This document shows positions 31,083 to 39,311 of a DNA stretch of 64,000 bases, piece by piece. The position numbers were made by a program, and so were the translations under genes. Each line of letters begins with the position of its first letter. Position 1 is the first letter of the stretch. The notes under the pieces are model-generated. The model made no database searches. It was not told the origin of the DNA and saw only the letters and a list, made by a program, of their open reading frames with translations. Source of the stretch: a bacterium (GTDB taxonomy: Bacteria; Hinthialibacterota; Hinthialibacteria; Hinthialibacterales; Hinthialibacteraceae); contig CAXXSM010000018.1 of assembly GCA_963663405.2 (NCBI GenBank), positions 1-64,000 on the forward strand, written 5' to 3'.

Positions 31083-32723
31083 TTATGGAACAATAAATCT
31101 TGTGCTTTTTACAATAGGAGGTGAATTTGGCGAAGCGCGGAACGTCAATTCCGCTGAATATTCGCCCGATGAAAGCACATTCGTCCATTGCTCGTGGATG
31201 TTTCCCTCGCCCCCCGCTTGAACGAAATGATGGCTTTCTGGAGTCCGGATTTTCCCGATTTCTTCATTCGAAGAATCCCGCAAGGAGAACGTTACTTCAG
31301 GGTTGATGTTGACGTTGCCCGTATTCTTATATTGAACAGTAATATCGATGATTCCACTTTCCTGACGTTCGGCTTTCAAATCGATTATCTCGGCCATTGG
31401 TTCTAATGTGCCCTGCGCCTGGACACGCGCCAAGACACTGCGCCGCGCCAGTTCGGTTGGTGAATCGCTGAGTTTTATATCAACACGGTCAAATGAAACC
31501 GCCGCATAATATTCCCCGGTCGTCTCTTTGGGAAGAATGATGGAGACCGGCAAACGGCGTTTTGCGAGAGGGGGCAATTCAATCTCTGCGCTTTGAAGTG
31601 ACAGATAGTTAGACGCGGAACGCCCATGAAACGGCGTATCCTTTGAAACACGATCAATCCCATCCATCCCACGAGTCCATTCCATGATGGAGGCTCTAAG
31701 ATTAAGCGTCTCCTTCGTAAGATTCATCACCTGAACAGCCTGGGATCTTCGACCGCCTGCTCTTGCTTCCGCAAGAATGGTTGAGGGGGTCACCGCAAAT
31801 CCAGCAGACTGTCCCTCTAAATCCTTCTTCAATTCGTCCGTAATCTCAGACACAACGGGCCGTCCCTGTCTCACATAAAAGGGGACTGTGCGGCGCATGG
31901 GATGCCCTGATCCTTCAATATTTAGCGAAATATCAGCGTTATAAACACCATCTGATAGATTGACAGCTCCTTTGTTTGTCAGAATCCTTTGATGTTCAGG
32001 TAGCAAAAATCCCCGACCGGCGGTAAGTTGGATATTCTCAACGGCCTGCCCCGCCTCGCTTCTGATGTCCGCTGTGCCTGTAATACGCGCGTGCATGTTT
32101 CCTCGATTGCGGACAGGGAGCAGAAAATTATAACCACTCCCCTCTTTTGTCTGTGTAATCACGGGCACACCAGCGTCGACGATCGCTCGAATATCTGAAC
32201 CAGGAACGGTAAGCAGTACGACAGCCATGTTGCGGAAACTGAAACGAACACCCGCCTTCGTTGCAGATTCTCCTCCCGGTGTTTCATCTCCCACGACTGG
32301 TTTCCCATGACACCAAATCATCGCATAGTAACCCCCGACAGTTTCACGCGGAGTTTTGACCCGGCAAACAATACGTCTACCTTCTTTTGGATTGAGAGAG
32401 ATCGCTTCTGGATTAACAGTAATCCAATCTCGGCAACTCCTTGAAGCTTCATCTACTTCAACAGGTAGTCCTCCTCCATGAACAGTCATCGACGAAGTCC
32501 CAAGCGTGCATTCAAGGGGAGTGTTGCCCATGTTTGAGATATTTAAAGTGAATGTTTTCAATCCGCCTGGATATACCTTCTCTTCAACGATCGTAGGGCT
32601 AATTGCCATCTGCGCATACCCTTCAACGGTAGAAAAAAAAATCGCCAAAAAAATGATCGGAAAAACTAGATAACCCCAAAGGCATTTTTTAGAAAATAAA
32701 GATACTGTTCTATGCGTGTTCAA
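31083..32723 (-). CDS. Secreted multi-Ig-fold protein resembling tandem fimbrial (PapD/EcpB-like) chaperones
   Basis: Signal peptide; internally duplicated unit (ISPTI../VTPSTI.., GGYYAMI/GEYYAAV, NRGNMH/NTGNVN). Confidence 0.6.
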   Translation of the reverse strand: MNTHRTVSLFSKKCLWGYLVFPIIFLAIFFSTVEGYAQMAISPTIVEEKVYPGGLKTFTLNISNMGNTPLECTLGTSSMTVHGGGLPVEVDEASRSCRDWITVNPEAISLNPKEGRRIVCRVKTPRETVGGYYAMIWCHGKPVVGDETPGGESATKAGVRFSFRNMAVVLLTVPGSDIRAIVDAGVPVITQTKEGSGYNFLLPVRNRGNMHARITGTADIRSEAGQAVENIQLTAGRGFLLPEHQRILTNKGAVNLSDGVYNADISLNIEGSGHPMRRTVPFYVRQGRPVVSEITDELKKDLEGQSAGFAVTPSTILAEARAGGRRSQAVQVMNLTKETLNLRASIMEWTRGMDGIDRVSKDTPFHGRSASNYLSLQSAEIELPPLAKRRLPVSIILPKETTGEYYAAVSFDRVDIKLSDSPTELARRSVLARVQAQGTLEPMAEIIDLKAERQESGIIDITVQYKNTGNVNINPEVTFSLRDSSNEEIGKIRTPESHHFVQAGGEGNIHEQWTNVLSSGEYSAELTFRASPNSPPIVKSTRFIVP

Positions 32724-32894
32724 TTTGATTACACCTTCTATTCATTTTGATCGATGACTCTAATTTATTCATTATAATTTGAATGGATTCAAAGTATAGA
32801 GGAATTTTGATGAACAATTTTATTGATATATGTTATAAGATCTTAAAATAATAAAATACAGTTATCTAAATAGTATTCATTTATAGTTTTGAGG

Positions 32895-32931
32895 AAAAAC
32901 CGGTCATGACCAAAGGAATATCATGACCGGT
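32895..32931 (-). terminator. Terminator after the 254-aa gene
   Basis: ACCGGTCATGA...TCATGACCGGT inverted repeat followed by TTTTT on the minus strand. Confidence 0.7.
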
Positions 32932-32973
32932 GTACATTAGAATTGTTTTATCTTCATTCTGCGATGTTTTTTT

Positions 32974-33738
32974 TTAAAGAAGTGGAGCAGCTACGACAGC
33001 TGGATCCAAGTAATAATCACCGTCTGGTTGGTAGGTAGAGGGTAATAAGCGAACTCTCCATTGGACGTTATATGATCCAGGAGCTCCTCCATCGACTAAC
33101 CACCAAAGCGTATCAGTAATAGTATGATCAGCACCGTCACCGTAATTGTCAGGTACTCTCCATCCTTCGCCCCAACTGAAAAGAAATTCAATATCCATAG
33201 ATACATCTTGTGATCCCAATACACTTCTATCACTCTGCATACCGTTTAATATTTTACCAGTATAGTTGCCCGCCCCATCTTTCTCCATATCATCCTCTAT
33301 CTTAGTAGTACCATCGAAACAAATTCCAATATACATACCATTGTTTGAAGTAAAGTTACCTTTGACATAAGCTGTTAAATTAGCGGCGGTTGCTGTGGTA
33401 AAATTGCCAATGTGAAAATATATCTCATTATCAGAGAATGTTTCGGAATAAAACATTTCAATATCAGCTTCAACTTTTATTCTAGAATCTCCACTTTCTG
33501 ATACTGTCAACCAACCTTCACTACCTGCATAGACTCCGGACCATGAACCTCCGCCAGTCTGCCATATCCAGTTTGTCGAATCTGGATTAGTTGAAGGTCC
33601 TTGACCAGAAGCGTCAATGCCTGAGGGTCCATCATAAGTTGCGTCCCCTTCTAGTTGGTAAAGTGTGCCTGGATCACTTGCCATAACCGGTGCCGCGAAC
33701 AGAGCGAGAATTGCGAATACAGCGATAAGATTTTTCAT
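32974..33738 (-). CDS. Secreted beta-rich protein, candidate major fimbrial-like subunit
   Basis: Signal peptide; RBS AAGGAG; C-terminus YQPDGDYYLDPAVVAAPLL; paralogous to 34117-35127. Confidence 0.65.
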   Translation of the reverse strand: MKNLIAVFAILALFAAPVMASDPGTLYQLEGDATYDGPSGIDASGQGPSTNPDSTNWIWQTGGGSWSGVYAGSEGWLTVSESGDSRIKVEADIEMFYSETFSDNEIYFHIGNFTTATAANLTAYVKGNFTSNNGMYIGICFDGTTKIEDDMEKDGAGNYTGKILNGMQSDRSVLGSQDVSMDIEFLFSWGEGWRVPDNYGDGADHTITDTLWWLVDGGAPGSYNVQWRVRLLPSTYQPDGDYYLDPAVVAAPLL

Positions 33739-33786
33739 GACGTACTCTCCTTTTGAGAATCTTTGTTGAATAATAGATTTTCGCGG

Positions 33787-33858
33787 GGGGGTTCGCCACT
33801 AGCTCCCTGTCTTTCCCATTGGCGACCAATTAGAGGAAAGCAGATCATCGCTTCTCGC
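33787..33858 (-). promoter_or_regulatory. c-di-GMP-II riboswitch aptamer (proximal copy)
   Basis: GAAGCGATGATC-stem-TGGTCGCC-stem-GGAGCTAGTGGCGAACC: kink-turn-like GA/GAG, and a pseudoknot TCGCC/GGCGA. Confidence 0.75.
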
Positions 33859-33871
33859 GCGGATTTGACGG

Positions 33872-33945
33872 AATGGGTTCGCCATTAGCTCCCAACTCTC
33901 CCATGGGCGACCAGATTAAGAGAGAGCCGATCATCGCTTCCGCAC
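33872..33945 (-). promoter_or_regulatory. c-di-GMP-II riboswitch aptamer (distal copy)
   Basis: GGAAGCGATGATC-GGCTCTCTC..TGGTCGCC..GGGAGAGTT-GGAGCTAATGGCGAACCC; same core as the proximal copy with different stem sequences. Confidence 0.75.
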
Positions 33946-34116
33946 AATATGCTTCTGAACGTTCATTCACGGAAAAAGCAATACGCAGAAGCCACACACA
34001 ACCATTTCCGGAACTCATTTAACGACTGCGCGCCGGGCGAGTTCTATTCCCAGTCCGCCTTGGTTAAAGCGCTACCACCTCCTCTCTATAGTCTGAATTA
34101 ATAGCCAATATGGCTT

Positions 34117-35127
34117 TTATAATCGCGGCGCAATAGACACTACCGCGCTCAATCCATAGGTTCCCGGCGCTTGGTACTTCTCCGGTTTCATCACACATTT
34201 CAATTGGTAATTCATATCCCCTGGCGTCTCGTTTAGCTGCCAGGAAACAGAACTATTACTACTCTCTTCCGGCCCGCGATAATTTCCACCGTTCTCTTTC
34301 AATTCCCATTGAATCGGGATCGAATTTACATGCTTCGTGCTCTGTTGTTCAAATAACTTTTTCTGGAAACGAAGGTTGTTGATCGAATCCTGCCAACCTC
34401 GAACGGATAGTGAGAGAATGAGAGGCACGTCAGAATGCAGACTCCCCGATACCGTGGCGTCCATATTCACATCCTTTAATGGATTCCCGACGTGGAAGTA
34501 GATTTTATTGTTTTTATAGGAATGCTTGACCTCGCAACGAACCTTCACCCGGACAGGAATCTTCAGAGTGCCCCATTGATTATCATCAATGTCGTTGGCA
34601 TGTTTGTATTGGAAAACAATATTACCACTGTACGTTCCATGTTGGTGAAAATCATTCGTTTTCACACTCACCTTGAAACAGTATTCCGTCTCCCCTGGTT
34701 CGCCCAGTTCGATCAAAGGCCGCGATCCTCTTAGACTGTTCAAATAGATAGGATCGCCCACTTCCGGAACCATTTCCAATCGTTGTTCGGATGCGGCGAT
34801 GTTATCGATGAGCTTATTCTCATCATTCAGATTCAATAAAGCGAAACCTTGCACATTCAGCAGCCACCCCGGATAGGTGGAAAACACGCGAAGACGAACC
34901 TCACCTAATTCGCCGGAATCCGGTTTACCCATGATTTCCCCGGAAAGTGACTCCGTAAGGCTCTCCACGAAAAAGATATCAGGGATCTCCTCCGGAACAG
35001 GCAGGGAAGGATCTCCATAGGCTGGAATCCCGGCATAGAGGCAGAAAACAAGAAAAACAAACGCCATTTTTTTATAGAATGGCAATAAGGAAGTCCACAC
35101 CATCACCGTCCCACTTTCATCAATCAT
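34117..35127 (-). CDS. Secreted two-domain protein, candidate minor/tip fimbrial-like subunit
   Basis: Signal peptide; shares N.IYFH.GN and YQ..G.Y.L..VV..AP.L with 32974-33738; N-domain ends in HGTYSGNIVF. Confidence 0.6.
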   Translation of the reverse strand: MIDESGTVMVWTSLLPFYKKMAFVFLVFCLYAGIPAYGDPSLPVPEEIPDIFFVESLTESLSGEIMGKPDSGELGEVRLRVFSTYPGWLLNVQGFALLNLNDENKLIDNIAASEQRLEMVPEVGDPIYLNSLRGSRPLIELGEPGETEYCFKVSVKTNDFHQHGTYSGNIVFQYKHANDIDDNQWGTLKIPVRVKVRCEVKHSYKNNKIYFHVGNPLKDVNMDATVSGSLHSDVPLILSLSVRGWQDSINNLRFQKKLFEQQSTKHVNSIPIQWELKENGGNYRGPEESSNSSVSWQLNETPGDMNYQLKCVMKPEKYQAPGTYGLSAVVSIAPRL

Positions 35128-35236
35128 TCGTTCCCAACCTAAAAAAACGCTTCTCTACCAAGTCTGAAACAGGAGTAGAAAGCAGTTATGAAATAAATAA
35201 CAAGAAATATGAGTAAAAAAATCCGCCTTCGAGTGA

Positions 35237-35656
35237 TTACATTCCCTCATTATTAGACGAAACCACTGCGCCTCGTTCCAAGAGCCTGGCTCGATCCAAA
35301 CGCCGGTGAGCGATCTTTAATAAATTTTCCGCCTGATACCCGTCAGATGGATAGGAAACAATCGCAAACCGCGGTTCTCCATTCCCATTCATTGAATTGG
35401 AAAGACGATCGACTACGTTGAGGGCGCAACAAGGATCGGTTTCACTCATCAAGATCGCAACCATCCCATCCTCAGCAAAAAATTGATCGCATTCTCGGAT
35501 TTGACTTACGATGTTCAGTCGCATATCTTCTTCTCTCTTAACCGAATCAACCGAAAGATCCATCATTACTAAAGATAAATAACGCCTGTACCGTATCGAA
35601 CATCGCAGTTCATATTCAAGAATGGTGATGAGAGGATTCAATATATCCATACCCAA
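35237..35656 (-). CDS. Degenerate stand-alone GGDEF-fold protein
   Basis: LEYELRCSIRY..LSLVMMD, IRECD, AILMSETD and YPSDG...LLKIAHRRL; the GGDEF motif itself is absent. Confidence 0.7.
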   Translation of the reverse strand: MGMDILNPLITILEYELRCSIRYRRYLSLVMMDLSVDSVKREEDMRLNIVSQIRECDQFFAEDGMVAILMSETDPCCALNVVDRLSNSMNGNGEPRFAIVSYPSDGYQAENLLKIAHRRLDRARLLERGAVVSSNNEGM

Positions 35657-35751
35657 GAATCATTAACAAAATTAATTTATCGATATAATAATAATCAAAT
35701 TAATAAAAAATAATTTAACAATACACAATATAAATAACGAAGAGAAAGAAG

Positions 35752-35767
35752 AGCAAAGATCATACCA
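35752..35767 (-). promoter_or_regulatory. Sigma54 promoter upstream of the surface-structure locus
   Basis: The minus strand reads TGGTATGATCTTTGCT (GG-N10-GC), ~100 nt before the GGDEF-like gene and divergent from a sigma54 activator. Confidence 0.65.
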
Positions 35768-36314
35768 TAAAAATATTATGAAGTAAATTGGAATTAATTG
35801 ATGTATTAGAGTAAATATTATATACATATCGATATAAAATACTGATAATATTCAATAAAAATAAAAAGGAGGAAAAATTAAAGATGCTCAGTTTGATCAA
35901 CATTTACTCGATCATAAATTGTTCAAGATGATCGAATTAGTGGATGTTACCGAATTCGCGGGAAGTAAATGGTAAATTATATAAGCTATTACTTGCAATA
36001 TTTCATTACATCATTTTTTAGATAATTTTTATAAAAATTATCAATATGGGCTTAAAAATTAGAATAAATTAGTCTACAATAGAAAAATGTAAAATAACAG
36101 ATATTCTTCAGCTTTATGAAATTCATAAATATTTACACGTACGTATATAATAAAATTTTACAATTTAAAGCCACCATCTTTGGACTTTCATCTTCGTAGC
36201 GAAATACAAGTTTAGAATTTAATGAGTTTCTCACAACAATAAAAGACTCGAAGTATATTAAAAGAGAACTCGATTTTTTTTTAAAGAATACACGTGAAAT
36301 AAGGACGTTATTCG

Positions 36315-37403
36315 ATGCGAGAGAGTCATAATATGGAGAAACGTGTATTAATCGTATGTGAAAACAATTGTGAGCGGAAAGCGCTTGCTAAAGCGCTTTC
36401 TCAATTAGGCCATAATACAATTGACTGCCACTCAAATCTGAATGCAATCCATTCGAATGCGGCCTTCAACTATGACATTGCGTTTATTGATTTACCCTCG
36501 ATTCAATCTGATGAGATTGAATCCATAGAAACAATTTTACAAACCGCGCCAGATACAGAAATCATTGCGTTAACCCATCATGATTACTTCACAAGACCCC
36601 AGAATGGAAACGGAAACTACATCCTCGCCAATCCTGACAGCCCCATCAACATCCTTTATAAACCGTTCAACATCCCGAAACTCGCACGTGTGACACAAAA
36701 GGCATTAGAACGGCGCCGCCTTATACATGACAACACAATACTCCTCCAAAATTTAAATTCCCTTATAGAAAAACAGAAACAAACAATGGCTTTCCCTCTT
36801 ACAAAAGAGAAAAGCGGTTGTGATACGGAGTCCGTTTTCATCGGTGAATCAAAAGCGATAAAAACAATAAAAAACAACATTGCATACATCGCGTCAATTA
36901 ATGCGAACATACTCATCCGGGGTGAAACGGGAACAGGTAAAGATGTAGTCGTTCATTTCATCCATCAGATTTCTAAGCCATACCGCAAAGGCGCCTTCGT
37001 AAAGATCAACTGCCCCTCGATTCCGGAATCCCTGTTTGAAGCTGAACTGTTTGGCCATGAGCCGGGAGCGTTCACTGGTGCGGACCGCCGTAAATTGGGT
37101 CTCTTTGAACAAGCGAATCAAGGAACGATATTTTTGGACGAAATCGCCGAAGTTCCATCTACGATACAAGCCAAACTACTCCAATTTTTAGAGCAAAAGA
37201 AATTTTTCCGAGTTGGAGGTAATAAGATGATCCGTGTCGACGCCCGGATTGTATCGGCGACGAACGCGCCATTGGAAAACTTGATAGAAAAAAGACTATT
37301 CCGCGCGGATGTGTATTACCGGCTCAATGAATACACGATCGAACTCCCCCCCCTGCGTGAACGGCTCGAAGATATTCCCTATTTGTTAGACACGAATTCG
37401 TAA
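36315..37403 (+). pseudogene. NtrC-family sigma54 activator (degenerate REC + AAA+), 3'-truncated at the att repeat
   Basis: GETGTGKD, ELFGHEPGAFTGA, FLDEI and FRADVYYRL. Ends after ERLEDIPYLL at a TAA inside the att repeat; no WPGNVREL and no HTH. Confidence 0.85.
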
Positions 37404-37443
37404 ACCGTAGGTCACTGGTTCAAGTCCCGTCGTTGGCTTTTCT
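37397..37443 (+). repeat. attR-like copy of the tRNA-Thr 3' half
   Basis: 46 of 47 bases identical to 2216-2262. Confidence 0.9.
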
Positions 37444-37479
37444 TTCAAGTCTATACATCCTGTTTGACGCGCACACAAT

Positions 37480-37506
37480 AAAAAAGCCCCATCGGTTGAT
37501 GGGGCT
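37480..37506 (-). terminator. Rho-independent terminator
   Basis: AGCCCCATC-GGTT-GATGGGGCT with an A run (T run on the minus strand), downstream of the oxidoreductase. Confidence 0.75.
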
Positions 37507-37626
37507 CGTACTATTTACATACAAACCATCATAATCGAGATCACAACCTGCAAATGAAAAGAAGTCGCGGGAGATTCGGCGAAAGAGAAAGCCTTAGAAA
37601 CTCTTTTTCATATAACGATAGAGCGC

Positions 37627-39057
37627 TTAAATGGTATAGCCATTGTGGTATTCGGGTTTGAGGAACGGTTCCGCTTTGCTGGTGTTGGTCACTTTCATGT
37701 TATCGCCATCCCAATAGAGAATTTCCCCAGCGCCGATCGCCGCGTTGCCCAGCATCGCCATTTCTGTAAGGTATGCGCCGTACTCGAAATTGGCGCTCGC
37801 CGGTTCACCGCCTTTGCATGCGTTGATCCAATCGCGATGGTGGCCTTTCGAACGTTTTATGGTTTTTTCCGGACGTTTATAATTTTCATGCAGCGAATGG
37901 GGAAGCAGAACCGGATCACCCGCCCAACCAGGACACATGATTTTTCCCTTGCTGCCGCAGAACAGAATCCCTTGTCCATCGCCGATGAGGTTTTCATCGG
38001 GACCGAGTTCTTCCGGTTTTGGCGGATCCATTTCCGTGTACCAAGTCAACTTGACAGGAGGCATATCGCCGCGCGCCGGGAATTTATAATAGATCATGTA
38101 CGCCAACGGGAAGGTATACTTTGTAACACCATATTGCGTCGCTTGGACGGTGGTTGGTTGACCAAGGTCAAGCGAATAAAATGCGGGATCGGCATTGTGG
38201 CAGAAGAAATCGCCCATTGAACCGGTTCCAAAATCCCACCAGCCGCGCCATGTATACGGCGTGTAGTCAATATGATAGGGGCGCTTCTCTGCGGGTCCAA
38301 GCCAGAGATCCCAGTCCATCCCTTCAGGAACAGGCATAGTATCCGCTGGGAAGCCCTCACGGCGTCCAACGCGCGCGCGGCTTTTTGTCCAGGCGTGCAC
38401 TTCGGTAACCTCGCCGATCGCGCCGTCGAGAATCCATTCTTTCGTACTGCGGAGCCCTTCGCCGCTATGGCCTTGATTGCCCAATTGGGTGGCGACACCA
38501 TTCTTCTTGGCGCATTCGGCGATTTTACGGCATTCATATACTGTCCGAGCGAGAGGTTTTTCGCAGTAAATATGCTTACCGAGATTCATTGAGTCGATTG
38601 CGATGACGGCGTGAGTGTGATCCGGCGTTGCAATGACACATGCGTCGATTTCCTTCTCTTGTTCGAGCATTTTACGATAATCGAGATAGACTTGGCATTT
38701 TGGATAATTTTCCGAGTCGTATCGAATATCGACCATCTCTTTCGCTGGGCCGCGCCCTGCTTTACCGCCGTAATAGAAGCGGCTGTAATCGTTGACTTCG
38801 GTGACATCGCAAATCGCCACAATGCGGCAATCGTTTTCACGAGTGATCGTTCTCGTGTGCTGCAAGCCGCGGCCACCGGTTCCGATCATGGCGACATTTA
38901 ATAAGTCGCTTGGAGCGGTATTCCCATTTCCACCCAGAACATACCGCGGCAAAAACGCGATCGACGAAAGCGCCGCTCCGCTGATTAACGCCGTCCGGCG
39001 CGATATGTTGTTTCCTGATTTTTTGTTTGCATTCGATTTCATAGTGATTGTTTCCAT
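37627..39057 (-). CDS. Gfo/Idh/MocA-family oxidoreductase with Tat signal
   Basis: ISRRTAL, IGTGGRG, IATPDHTH, YCEKP, WDLWLGPA, WRGWWDFGTG. Confidence 0.92.
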   Translation of the reverse strand: METITMKSNANKKSGNNISRRTALISGAALSSIAFLPRYVLGGNGNTAPSDLLNVAMIGTGGRGLQHTRTITRENDCRIVAICDVTEVNDYSRFYYGGKAGRGPAKEMVDIRYDSENYPKCQVYLDYRKMLEQEKEIDACVIATPDHTHAVIAIDSMNLGKHIYCEKPLARTVYECRKIAECAKKNGVATQLGNQGHSGEGLRSTKEWILDGAIGEVTEVHAWTKSRARVGRREGFPADTMPVPEGMDWDLWLGPAEKRPYHIDYTPYTWRGWWDFGTGSMGDFFCHNADPAFYSLDLGQPTTVQATQYGVTKYTFPLAYMIYYKFPARGDMPPVKLTWYTEMDPPKPEELGPDENLIGDGQGILFCGSKGKIMCPGWAGDPVLLPHSLHENYKRPEKTIKRSKGHHRDWINACKGGEPASANFEYGAYLTEMAMLGNAAIGAGEILYWDGDNMKVTNTSKAEPFLKPEYHNGYTI

Positions 39058-39311
39058 ATGGTTTATAGGATGTCTTTAGTGGTCCTAAAAATACAATAAG
39101 AACCGCTCTTTTATCTTAGATTACAATAACCGATTAATAAGATAAACCTTTTTACGGCGGCAAATTCAAAATTTTTTTGGGATTTTCCGATCTTTCCAAA
39201 CGAGAAATTATATGTGAACTTCGTGGCGGTAATCAGATTGGCTTCACTCCAGCGTCTTTCAACTATGAGGTGATGTAGTGTTCGCTCTGAGCATAACCGT
39301 AACAAATTGAA

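Larger units (their letters stand above)
2216..37443. mobile_element. Genomic island integrated at tRNA-Thr
   Basis: The 47-bp tRNA 3' half is repeated at both ends. Cargo is defence genes, IS elements and surface-structure genes. No tyrosine integrase was recognised. Confidence 0.8.

Noticed and set aside
33977-33995. Possible sigma54 promoter (TGGC...TTGC) upstream of the riboswitches
   Set aside because: The GG-to-GC spacing is 12 rather than the required 10.
37397-37443. Second tRNA gene
   Set aside because: Only the 3' half is present, with no acceptor 5' strand or D-arm. It is an att repeat.
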